A stretch of 63,986 nt of DNA, the filler included, from Limisphaerales bacterium (lineage in GTDB: Bacteria > Verrucomicrobiota > Verrucomicrobiia > Limisphaerales > SIBE01), in the NCBI GenBank assembly GCA_044225505.1. It is 12 parts of 12 records of this genome, joined end to end, with 100 filler letters (N's around TTAATTAATTAA, not from the genome) between each part and the next. Parts side by side here need not be neighbours in the genome. Positions count along the whole stretch, not along the records: positions 29,017 to 34,438 come from JBGAIN010000298.1; positions 34,539 to 39,871 come from JBGAIN010000299.1; positions 39,972 to 45,195 come from JBGAIN010000300.1; 9 more parts are not named here. The stretch is one strand, 5' to 3'. A program made the translations under genes and the position numbers. Positions 31,740 to 40,960 of the stretch are shown here, piece by piece (within the stretch, counting starts at the first letter, position 1; the number at the start of each line of letters is the position of its first letter). Under the pieces are notes generated by a model. The model was not told the DNA's origin. It did not search any database and saw only the letters and a list, made by a program, of their open reading frames with translations.

Positions 31740-32267
31740 TTATGCCGGCTTCGTTGCTGGCCCGCGCTGAATCTCACGGTTCGCCACGCCTTTCTCGGTT
31801 TGGCGCCGGCGGAAGTTCTCATACGCCGCGCGGTGCTCTGGGTACTTGATGCCCAGAATCGACGTCGCGAACAGCGCCGCATTCACGGCCCCGGGCTTGC
31901 CGATCGCCAGCGTCCCGACGGGAACGCCGCCCGGCATTTGAACCATGGAAAGCAACGAGTCGAGCCCGTGCAACGATTTCGATTCCATCGGCACGCCCAA
32001 AACCGGCAACGCCGTCTTGGCAGCAGTGACTCCTGCCAAATGCGCCGCGCCCCCAGCCGCAGCGATGATGATCTCCAAACCGCGCGCCGCAGCGCCGGAC
32101 GCATATTCGAATAGCAGATCTGGCGTTCGGTGCGCCGAGATCACCTGCACTTCATAAGGCACTCGCAATTCATCCAACTGCGTAGCCGCGTGTTGCATCG
32201 TTTCCCAGTCCGATTGACTGCCCATTATAATTCCTACGAGGGGAACCTTTTGATTATCTGAAGCCAT
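31740..32267 (-). CDS. purE: N5-carboxyaminoimidazole ribonucleotide mutase
   Basis: [21 protein letters not shown] and [11 protein letters not shown]. Confidence 0.97.
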   Translation of the reverse strand: MASDNQKVPLVGIIMGSQSDWETMQHAATQLDELRVPYEVQVISAHRTPDLLFEYASGAAARGLEIIIAAAGGAAHLAGVTAAKTALPVLGVPMESKSLHGLDSLLSMVQMPGGVPVGTLAIGKPGAVNAALFATSILGIKYPEHRAAYENFRRRQTEKGVANREIQRGPATKPA

Positions 32268-32529
32268 AAACGGGCTCAGCTTTTACAGACAGTCCGCGTC
32301 GGCGTCTATCCTTGATTCACGTCCAAGGACGATTTCACTTCTGCCCAGGCCGTGGCGATGCCGAACGTTAGCCCCAGCTTCTTCCTCCGGACCGCGGCTA
32401 TGCCGCAGGCTAGCTGCAGCATCCCAATCACCGTCACCCGTTGCTTTCAGTCCCCACCCTGCGGCTGATCCTTCAGAAACGGCCGCGCCCCAACTCTGCC
32501 AAACATTGTCACTCTGGGCGTTGGCCGTT

Positions 32530-32880
32530 ATGCTGAGGTGCTTGGCCGACTTACCTCCAATTGAGGAGTTCACCGATGACGGCGCGGAGCTGATCGCGTA
32601 TCTGGAAAAGATGCGTGACCGGGCCTGCTCCACTTGCGGAAATCGATTATGCGCCCATCATTTGCTCGCGAGCGCCGCCTTGGGGACGGCAAAGGCGCCT
32701 CGTTGTTTTTCGTGTCTAGCGCGAGCGATGGATCAGCCTGTCGCGGCCCTCGCTTCCACCCTCTATCAGTACTACCAAGCCAGGTCCTGTTACACCGTTG
32801 CGTGGCAATGGGCCTGCAAAGAAGAGCAAGTTGCGGATGAGCCCCTGCCCTCGTGCTTGGCCTCGCTGAATCAGGGCTGA
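32530..32880 (+). CDS. Small Cys-rich hypothetical protein, possibly metal-binding
   Basis: CSTC...CAHH...CFSC...C...C. Confidence 0.6.
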   Translation: MLRCLADLPPIEEFTDDGAELIAYLEKMRDRACSTCGNRLCAHHLLASAALGTAKAPRCFSCLARAMDQPVAALASTLYQYYQARSCYTVAWQWACKEEQVADEPLPSCLASLNQG

Positions 32881-33116
32881 GGTGCCGGCAGCGTCTTTAG
32901 CTCCACTGTGACGTGAGCAACCCCATCCTTCATCTCGATCTGGCGATCGACGCAGCGAAAACTCGCGCCTTGGATAATCACTCGATCACCGACTGCCGGG
33001 ATGCAGCCTGTCGAAAACGGACGGTCACTCCCTATCTCCCGGTCTGCCACCAAACGAACTTGGACATCGCTCTTGGGCAAGAATGCCAGGGCTTTATCGA
33101 TCATCGCTCGGCACAT
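32871..33116 (-). CDS. Small hypothetical protein
   Basis: IPAVGDRVII..FRCVDRQIE suggests a small beta fold; 81 aa. Confidence 0.5.
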   Translation of the reverse strand: MCRAMIDKALAFLPKSDVQVRLVADREIGSDRPFSTGCIPAVGDRVIIQGASFRCVDRQIEMKDGVAHVTVELKTLPAPQP

Positions 33117-33664
33117 TCGTCTTTCCCCGGAGGGATGTCCAGGCCTCAGCGATCTTTTACTGATGCCGCGCGATGTCCAACCAAGTCTGAAACCAATCGG
33201 ATCCGATCCAGCCAGCTGAGGACGGGTTCTGTAACAGGTTCATCAGGCTGGATTCTTCTTCGGAAGAAGCGGCCGCGTTCAGGGTCAGGTCAGAGTTATC
33301 GTGTAGGGTCATCATAGTTTCTTGCACTATTGGAACTGGTTAAATGGAGGTGGGGTCCAAAACGATTAGCGCGTCGCGCAGGGCTGCGGAACGGACGGAG
33401 AAGTCGCAAACCCTTGATGGCGAACAAGAGTCTCTAGATTACCGGCCACGTAGCCTTGGTTCGCTCCGGCCGACTTTCTGTTCTTATCGTCCTGGTTCAT
33501 GACACGTTCGTCCACTTTTTGGACCCGCACCTACTCATTAAAACGGTTAGAGCCCCTGAACGGTAACCTCCATCCTGGATTACCAATCGGCGTCGACTTT
33601 GGGTTTAGATTAGTAGAACTACGCAGTGGCCCGGAAAGCCATTCGTATGGTTCCAGATCAATTT

Positions 33665-34051
33665 ATGAGTCTCAGGACACGCCGTGGAAGAGTCATACCC
33701 ATTTCTAATGCAGGCTTTACCCTGGTCGAGATCCTGATTGTGGTCGCGATTATCGGTCTGCTGGCCGCGGTGGCGATTCCGAGCTTCGCCCGAGCCCGTG
33801 GATCCGCGCAAAAGAGTGGGTGCATTAATAATCTGCGTCAGATTGACGGAGCCAAACAGCAATGGGCATTTGAAACAAAAGCGAGCGATGATACCCGTCC
33901 CACGCAGGACGATCTCACGCCGTTCCTGCGCGATAACCAGTTCCCCCATTGTCCAGCGGCCGGCAACTATCGCATCCGCCGAGTCTCCCGATTGCCAGTC
34001 TGCGATCTCACAGGTCACAGCCTGATCGATCCAGACGGTCTCCCGGATTAA
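33665..34051 (+). CDS. Type IV pilin-like (prepilin N-terminal methylation) protein
   Basis: GFTLVEILIVVAIIGLLAAVAIP, CINNLRQIDGAKQQWA and CPAAGNY. Confidence 0.9.
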   Translation: MSLRTRRGRVIPISNAGFTLVEILIVVAIIGLLAAVAIPSFARARGSAQKSGCINNLRQIDGAKQQWAFETKASDDTRPTQDDLTPFLRDNQFPHCPAAGNYRIRRVSRLPVCDLTGHSLIDPDGLPD

Positions 34052-34610
34052 CCGACCGGATAGAGCACTCGGTCCAGTAATCTCAGCGCAGCGCTGAACT
34101 GGTTAAGGCGCGCGCCTGAGCCCATCGAAGCGTGCCGTGGAACCGACGAAGGGAACCGCGCCTGGGTGGCGTCCTCGTCCTTGATTCTGATCGTGCTTTT
34201 GCTCTTACGCCTCTGTCCAGTCACTTGTCTTGATGGGCGCCTTCCGGAGCAGAGACGGAGGGCCGCGGGACTTCCAACCGTGGCGAAGCAGAGTGGCTTA
34301 CTCGTTGCGCGATAGCGTCTCATCCCATTTCCCCTGGCCAAAGGGTGTCTGTCGAAAAACTCGGGCTTGACCTTTGAGGCGGGCAGGAGTTGCCTTCAGG
34401 CCTTGCGAAACGAATGGCCCCTAAACACGCTAGGACATNNNNNNNNNNNNNNNNNNNNNNNNNNNNNNNNNNNNNNNNNNNNTTAATTAATTAANNNNNN
34501 NNNNNNNNNNNNNNNNNNNNNNNNNNNNNNNNNNNNNNATGATCTCTGGCTCTCTCTCAGACCACTAGAAAGCTTGGCGCTTGCTCGCGCCTGCGCTAAA
34601 GTCGCGCCCC

Positions 34611-35240
34611 ATGAAACGCATTCTTCTTCATTCGCTGGCTCTATTGACAGCCGGCTCCTTTCACCTATACGCAGCTACCGAGGAAGGGTTTGTCTCCCTG
34701 TTCGACGGTAAGAGTTTCGATGGCTGGAAACGCGCCGTCGAGCATCCGAACACTTGGAAGATCGAGGACGGGACTTTGGTCGCGCGCGGTGAACGTTGCC
34801 ACCTGTTTTATGTTGGAGATCCGAAGCCGTTTAAGAATTTCGAACTGCGCGTTGATGTCATGACAGAGCCGAATTCCAACGGCGGCATTTACTTCCACAC
34901 TCGTTACCAGGAATCAGACTGGCCGAAATATGGTTTCGAGTGCCAGGTGAACGTCTCTCATGGCGACTGGAAAAAGACCGGCAGCCTCTATGACGTCGTG
35001 AACGTTCCGTGGTCGCCTGCCAAAGATAACGAGTGGTGGACGCAGACGATCATCGTTCAGGGGCGGAAGGTCACCGTTAAGATCAACGATCAGATTCTGT
35101 TTGAATATACCCAACCCTTAGGCGCTCAGGCAGGCAAAGACTATACGCGGGTGCTCGATGAAGGGACCTTTGCTCTTCAAGCCCACGATCCCAAAAGCGT
35201 TGTCCATTTTAAGAATATTCGAGTGAAACGCTTGGATTGA
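34611..35240 (+). CDS. DUF1080 (3-keto-disaccharide hydrolase) family protein
   Basis: SLFDGKSFDGW, NGGIYF, TGSLY and ALQAHD...FKNIRVK. Confidence 0.92.
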   Translation: MKRILLHSLALLTAGSFHLYAATEEGFVSLFDGKSFDGWKRAVEHPNTWKIEDGTLVARGERCHLFYVGDPKPFKNFELRVDVMTEPNSNGGIYFHTRYQESDWPKYGFECQVNVSHGDWKKTGSLYDVVNVPWSPAKDNEWWTQTIIVQGRKVTVKINDQILFEYTQPLGAQAGKDYTRVLDEGTFALQAHDPKSVVHFKNIRVKRLD

Positions 35241-35252
35241 TTCTCCTCCGTT

Positions 35253-35304
35253 TGAAGCGAGAAGTGAGGTTTGTGCCAACGCGCGAGCCTCACTTTTGCT
35301 TCAG
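35253..35304. terminator. Long inverted repeat between convergent genes
   Basis: TGAAGCGAGAAGTGAGG...CCTCACTTTTGCTTCA. Confidence 0.45.
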
Positions 35305-35436
35305 AGCTCCGTTCCGGGCAGAGGACACTTCTGGCCTCACCCCAATTTCTGCTGCCGACAGAAGCCCGCTCAGCAACGCAAATTTCTTACTGTCGGCCGG
35401 TAAAGACCGACGGCTTCTGCTTCGTCAACAGACATT

Positions 35437-36813
35437 TTAGAGCGCCCAGCCGTCTCGATATTTGTACTGGAGATACTGCTCGGCCTCCGGATTATTCGGG
35501 ATCTTCATTTGGGCGCTATCCCAACTGAGCTCTTCGCCCCCCATCCGAATGGCCACGCTTCCCAGGAGAACGGCTTCGGTTAGCGGTCCAGCAAAGGAAA
35601 AATCGGATTGCGTAGGAGATCCGGTCTTGCATGCCGCAATCCACTCTTCGTGATGGCCGATAGAGCGTGGTAATGTTTTTGGCGGCGGCGTAAACGAGGC
35701 ATGTTTAGAATCGGGAATCAAGCGTGGCGTTTCTCCACCCCAACCGCGAACAAGGATTTTACCTTTATCGCCTACAAAGATGATCCCATCTTCGGCATCG
35801 AGAGGTTTGTCGTCTTCCAGTTCATCCGGACGTTCAGGCAGCAATCCGCCATCGTACCAATGAACTTTGACGGGAGGCATCTCTCCGCGTGCAGGAAACT
35901 GATAGTGGACGATCGAGGCCACCGGCACTGTCTCCTTGAAGAGCGGTGTTGAACTGGCGTGCACGCTGGTCGGAGGGCCAAGCTTTAATGCGGAGAATAC
36001 AGGAGCCAAGTTATGAATCCCCATGTCTCCTAATCCACCTGACCCGAAGTCCCACCATCCTCGCCATTTAAAAGGAACGTAAGCAGGGTGGTAGGGACGC
36101 CAAGGAGCTGGGCCCAGCCACAAATCCCAGTCCAATGTCGCAGGGACAGGCGGCGTCTCCGAAGGACGTTCGATGCCTTGTGGCCACCAAAGCGGCATCT
36201 TGCCGCGATGCGTTGGACGGTCGGACCAGACATGAGCTTCGCGGACAGGCCCGATCGCCCCGGACCAGATCCATTCTTTGATCAGACGATTGCCTTCAAA
36301 AGCCATCCCCTGATTCCCCATCTGGGTAGCCACCTTAGCCTCAGCCGCAGCTTTGGTCAGCGCGCGGGCTTCCGCGACGGTGCGGGTGAGCGGTTTCTCA
36401 CAATAGACGTGTTTATGTCGCTTGAGAGCGGCCATAGACGCCACCGCGTGGGTATGATCAGGCGTCGCGACCACCACAGCGTCGATGTCCTTTTGCTGAT
36501 CCAACATCCGCCGAAAATCCCGATGGATCTTAGCTTTGGGAAAGCGCTTCAGATTAGCGGCGGCCCTAGCTTCGTCGACGTCACAGAGCGCCACAATGGT
36601 CTGACTCTGCACACCCTCGATGTCATCCGCGCCACGCCCCCCTGCCCCAATGACGGCAATATTCAGTTTTTCACTCGGTGGCGTTCCACTTTGTCCTCCG
36701 AGCACATGGGATGCCGCAACCAAGAAGGTTGCGGTGCAAGCACCGGAGTTGCGGAGAAAGGCTCGCCGCGTAAGTGCGTTCGTGGAAATTCGGCTTGGGA
36801 AATTGGTTTTCAT
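35437..36813 (-). CDS. Gfo/Idh/MocA oxidoreductase with Tat signal
   Basis: TRRAFL, IGAGGRG, TPDHTH, HVYCEKP and WDLWLGPAP. Confidence 0.93.
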   Translation of the reverse strand: MKTNFPSRISTNALTRRAFLRNSGACTATFLVAASHVLGGQSGTPPSEKLNIAVIGAGGRGADDIEGVQSQTIVALCDVDEARAAANLKRFPKAKIHRDFRRMLDQQKDIDAVVVATPDHTHAVASMAALKRHKHVYCEKPLTRTVAEARALTKAAAEAKVATQMGNQGMAFEGNRLIKEWIWSGAIGPVREAHVWSDRPTHRGKMPLWWPQGIERPSETPPVPATLDWDLWLGPAPWRPYHPAYVPFKWRGWWDFGSGGLGDMGIHNLAPVFSALKLGPPTSVHASSTPLFKETVPVASIVHYQFPARGEMPPVKVHWYDGGLLPERPDELEDDKPLDAEDGIIFVGDKGKILVRGWGGETPRLIPDSKHASFTPPPKTLPRSIGHHEEWIAACKTGSPTQSDFSFAGPLTEAVLLGSVAIRMGGEELSWDSAQMKIPNNPEAEQYLQYKYRDGWAL

Positions 36814-37021
36814 GTCGCAAGGATCCGAGGGTTGGCCAAGTATCGCCAGTTCTGGGATCACTAGAGAGTCGGCACAAACCGAATATACGTCAATCTCGGA
36901 TCGATGATCCGACATCGCTTATTTGGGATCGCCCAAGAGTGTGGTTCTTCGCCGCGGGAGTTTGTGGTCCTCTGAATAGAACCGCATTGCACCGGAGCCG
37001 AGGGCTGCGCATTCTACCATC

Positions 37022-38380
37022 GTGACATCGTTGAACGCACCACAGACCTCCGAGCCCTCACGGGGACCCGAGGCGGGGCGGTTTAGTTGGTCGATCTTGA
37101 TTCACTTCGGGGAGATAGGCTTAAAGGGGCGCAACCAGCAAATGTTCCGCAGGCAGCTGCGGCGCAATCTCCGTTTAAAATTGAGGTCGTTCGCCTTAGA
37201 TTGGTCAGTCGAGGAGACGGTCGGACTCTACCTTGTGCACGTCCCGCCGGGAGACGAAGCCACGGCGCACATCCCTAGGATCGTCGAGGGACTGCGCCAG
37301 GTCTTCGGAGTGGTCTGGTTAACGTCGGCGTGGCGGCTTCCAGCGTACAGGTTTACCCCTGCCAGCCAGGCCGATGACCTGGCTGAGATCAGTCAACGGG
37401 TCGTCGAATTAGCGAGTCGTCAATTTGTCTCTCAAAAAACCTTTTGCGTCCGCGTGAATCGGGGCAACAAGCTGCTGCCGTTCAAATCGACGGAACTAGC
37501 TGCGCATTTGGGCCAAATCATTCGAGACCACACCAAGTGGCAGACGGTCAACTTGCATCGTCCCGACGTTACGTTCCACCTTGATCTCAGAACGGACGCA
37601 ACGTTCTTATTTGGAGAACGGCTTAAAGGTCCAGGAGGCTTGCCTGTCGGCACCTCCGGTCGCGCCTTAGCCCTGTTTTCTGGCGGCATCGATTCGCCAG
37701 TTGCCGCGTATCTCATGGCGAAGCGAGGCTGCCGGATAGACTTTCTTCATTTTACCGCAACCCACACAGATCCCGAAGAAATCCTACGATCGAAGATCGG
37801 TCGATTGGCCAGGCATCTTTGCCAATATACTTTGGGTGCCCGACTTTTTGTCGTTCCTTATACCCACTTCGACCTGGCGTTGCTCGGGCAAAAACTCGAC
37901 TACCAACTCGTCCTTTTCCGGCGGTTCATGTTTCGGGTTGCGGAATTCCTCGCTCGACGGAGTCACGCGCGAGCTCTGGTTACCGGCGACAATCTCTCTC
38001 AGGTCGCGTCTCAGACCATGACCAACCTGGTAAGTGCGTCACAGGCCAGCGATCTCCTCATACTCCGACCGATCGTCGCCTTTGACAAAGAAGAGACCAT
38101 CGCGCTTGCCGAAAAAATCGGCACATACGAAATCTCAATTGAATGCTACAAGGACTGTTGCGCGTTAATCAGTGGCCATCCCAAGACTCGGTCTGACCCA
38201 GACCGAGTCGCCCAACTCGAGGCAAAAGCTTTTCCCAACTACCCAACTCTGATTGAACGCACCCTCGCCGATGGTATTTGCCTCGAACTCCCGGTAGCGC
38301 TCGCCACTTCAGTTCGTCCTGCCCTTCCGTTGCTGCAGGCGATTGCCCCAAAGGATTCAACCCCAGCGAAACCCATTTAG
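37022..38380 (+). CDS. thiI: tRNA 4-thiouridine(8) synthase, THUMP + PP-loop, no rhodanese domain
   Basis: FGEIGLKGRN, GPGGLPVGTSG, SGGIDSPVA, TGDNLSQVASQT and DCC. Confidence 0.92.
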   Translation: MTSLNAPQTSEPSRGPEAGRFSWSILIHFGEIGLKGRNQQMFRRQLRRNLRLKLRSFALDWSVEETVGLYLVHVPPGDEATAHIPRIVEGLRQVFGVVWLTSAWRLPAYRFTPASQADDLAEISQRVVELASRQFVSQKTFCVRVNRGNKLLPFKSTELAAHLGQIIRDHTKWQTVNLHRPDVTFHLDLRTDATFLFGERLKGPGGLPVGTSGRALALFSGGIDSPVAAYLMAKRGCRIDFLHFTATHTDPEEILRSKIGRLARHLCQYTLGARLFVVPYTHFDLALLGQKLDYQLVLFRRFMFRVAEFLARRSHARALVTGDNLSQVASQTMTNLVSASQASDLLILRPIVAFDKEETIALAEKIGTYEISIECYKDCCALISGHPKTRSDPDRVAQLEAKAFPNYPTLIERTLADGICLELPVALATSVRPALPLLQAIAPKDSTPAKPI

Positions 38381-38518
38381 GGCGGCTCTGATTACTCTTT
38401 TGGACCGTGAGGTCCAAAACCCGTCCGAGATTACCGGAGCAGACTTCGCCTTGGAACTCCGCTCTCTCCGGTTCCGAAATGATCCCGCGATCTCGGCCGA
38501 ATCCTGCCACCGTCACGG

Positions 38519-39517
38519 TCAAAAGCCGTCTTTGCCCTCCGCAGAATCCGTGAGTTGAAACAAGGCTTTCGGGTAGGGCGCGAAGAATCGTTGGGCTGCC
38601 AAATAGTTTTGCTCGAACCGAAGGACCCAAGCCTCCAGCACGGTAAGCAGAGCACTTAACGGCAAACGGTCGCCACGATACTCTTCCAACTGCTGCAAAA
38701 AGTACTTCCGCTCCCCTGCCGTCAGACGGGGTGAGACGTAACCGAAGGCATGGAGCAGAGCGTTCCGGTTGGAACTCGACCGTGGTGGCGCGGCCATAAC
38801 CTTCGGAATCAAGTCTGCATAATTGCGAAACACCTGGGAGACAGGCAAGCCGTCGGGGTTCGCCACGACCCTGCCTAAGGCGGTCAGACCCCGTTGACTG
38901 TATGCCATGAGCTGCAGTTTGTATTCCGTGTGAAACTGGACCAACCCTGCCATACGCCCGATAGCGGCAAGTCGCCTCAACCGCGCTCGCGCGAACAGGC
39001 CAGTCAAAAAGTGGTGACGCAGACGAAAATTGGTTAGACGACCTTCATCCTCCACCACTGCGCCTGGAAAGCGACGGAGGACTGCCTCAGCGAATACGCC
39101 CGAAGATTTCTCGGATGGATGTCCGCTCGTCGAGAAGGCTTTGACATCACGCACTCCGCACGATGGAGATCGACTCTTAAGAATGAAACCATCCACCGAT
39201 CCGGCGGAGTCCAGAAAACTTTCTGAGAATCCAGCCATTGCCGCAGTCAAATCCCGTCCGGTGGCTGGCTGGACCAACCGACGGTTCGTTCCATCCGAGA
39301 CGATGCGAATGGGATCTCGGGGTACGCCTAGCCCAATTGCCACTTCCGGGCACACTTGTCGGAATGCAACGTGTTGGCCGAGAACTTGGACAAACTGATT
39401 TTGCAGCACTTGCCCATTGTAGCGCACGGCCGCGAACCCCAGGCACTGACTGACCACGACCACGGGTCTGGCGTCGTCCTCGAGCGAAGCCTTGTGAGCC
39501 ATCAGTGGTTGCGACAT
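38519..39517 (-). CDS. DUF523 (TudS) - DUF1722 fusion, YbgA/RudS-type desulfidase
   Basis: SQCLG..VRYNG, VCPEVAIGLGVPR, LKSRSPSCG and EDEGRL; then FHTEYKLQLMA...HAFGY (DUF1722). Confidence 0.9.
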   Translation of the reverse strand: MSQPLMAHKASLEDDARPVVVVSQCLGFAAVRYNGQVLQNQFVQVLGQHVAFRQVCPEVAIGLGVPRDPIRIVSDGTNRRLVQPATGRDLTAAMAGFSESFLDSAGSVDGFILKSRSPSCGVRDVKAFSTSGHPSEKSSGVFAEAVLRRFPGAVVEDEGRLTNFRLRHHFLTGLFARARLRRLAAIGRMAGLVQFHTEYKLQLMAYSQRGLTALGRVVANPDGLPVSQVFRNYADLIPKVMAAPPRSSSNRNALLHAFGYVSPRLTAGERKYFLQQLEEYRGDRLPLSALLTVLEAWVLRFEQNYLAAQRFFAPYPKALFQLTDSAEGKDGF

Positions 39518-39630
39518 GAGATCTGAGTAAGGCAGCGCGAGCCTCTGGTCAAACGTTGGCGTCGAGGTTTTACGTTTTATTTAACAGCCGGGTTTCATTC
39601 CAAATTGAATGTGCAGAGTTCGCGCTCAAG

Positions 39631-39871
39631 TTAAGCCTGCTCCGCCAGGCATTCCTTCAACCCAAGCGTCAATTCCGAGTGCCTGAATTCGAATCCGGTG
39701 CGGAGCAATTGTTGCGGCTCCACTCGTGCGCTCGCCAATAGTGCCTCATTCGCAAGTTCGCCCAGCACGACCCGCAGCACAAAGGCTGGCACTCGCAGGA
39801 CCGTCGGTCTCGACAGCACTTGCCCGAGGACTTTAACAAACTCGAGATTCTGCACTGGCGTTGGTGCGACC
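39631..39871 (-). CDS. C-terminus of a TIGR01777 epimerase-family protein (continues from 61136-61857)
   Basis: RVPAFVLRVVLGELA..LLASARVEP..L..GFEF; 57-bp overlap with the end of contig 56698-61857. Confidence 0.88.
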
Positions 39872-40010
39872 NNNNNNNNNNNNNNNNNNNNNNNNNNNNN
39901 NNNNNNNNNNNNNNNTTAATTAATTAANNNNNNNNNNNNNNNNNNNNNNNNNNNNNNNNNNNNNNNNNNNNAGAATTCATCCACTTCGTGGCAAAGACGA
40001 AGGGACAAAA

Positions 40011-40859
40011 GTGAATGCGACCACAGACAATCTTGGCATCATCGCTGGCAGCCGTGCTTTGCCGTTGGATTTGGCACGGCTGGCACGTGCCGCTGGGGTG
40101 CGTCGGATCGTGGCGGTTGCATTTCGAGGGGAAACGGAACCAGGTTTAGCGGACCTGGTCGACGACATTGTCTGGATCAAAGTGGGACAGCTTGTCAAAA
40201 TGATTGACGCATTTCGGGAACGCCATATCACTCGCTGCGTCATGGCGGGTCAGATTAGCCCGAAGAATCTGTTCGACTTACGCCCAGACTTTCGAGCGCT
40301 TTCCATCCTGGTCCGATTGAAGGAGCGTAACGCGCGAACCATTTTTGCCGCTATTGCCGATGAACTCCACCGGGACGGAGTCGAATTGGTCGATGCGCGT
40401 CCTTGGTTAAAACCAATTTTGCCTGAAGTAGGATACAGCCTAGGTCCGGCTTTGACCGATCAACAACGCCAGGATGTCGATTTCGGCTACCGCATCGCCA
40501 AGGAGATGTCGCGCTTAGACATTGGTCAAACGGTCGTGGTGAAGAACGGCACTGTCCTGGCCGTTGAAGCGTTTGAAGGCACGGACGATTGTCTGCATCG
40601 CGGCGGAGCGTTGGCCGGCAAAGAGGGGAAGGCCGTCGCGATTAAGGTCGCCAGCGCCAGCCATGATTTTCGTTTCGACATTCCGTGCATGGGTCCCCAG
40701 ACCGTGGCTGTCTGCGCGGCGGCGAGAATCGCCGTTGTAGCCTTCGAGGCCGGAAAAACGCTTCTCTTGGATAAAGCGGAGTTTGAGCGCGATGTCGCGC
40801 GGGCCAAGATTGCATTGACTGCCGCCGGTGAGCCGACCTCTGCACCGGGACCGGTGTAA
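40011..40859 (+). CDS. lpxI: UDP-2,3-diacylglucosamine diphosphatase LpxI family
   Basis: LGIIAG, LDIGQTVVV, AVEAFEGTD and DFRFDIP. Confidence 0.9.
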   Translation: MNATTDNLGIIAGSRALPLDLARLARAAGVRRIVAVAFRGETEPGLADLVDDIVWIKVGQLVKMIDAFRERHITRCVMAGQISPKNLFDLRPDFRALSILVRLKERNARTIFAAIADELHRDGVELVDARPWLKPILPEVGYSLGPALTDQQRQDVDFGYRIAKEMSRLDIGQTVVVKNGTVLAVEAFEGTDDCLHRGGALAGKEGKAVAIKVASASHDFRFDIPCMGPQTVAVCAAARIAVVAFEAGKTLLLDKAEFERDVARAKIALTAAGEPTSAPGPV

Positions 40860-40960
40860 CCCCAGGTCCAGCGTAACGTGGCCGGTTCGTGGGTGCTTGC
40901 GCTAGGGTGAGATTAAGGACCGCGGCTGACCTCAGCAACTCTTAACCACGCGCGGTAGCG

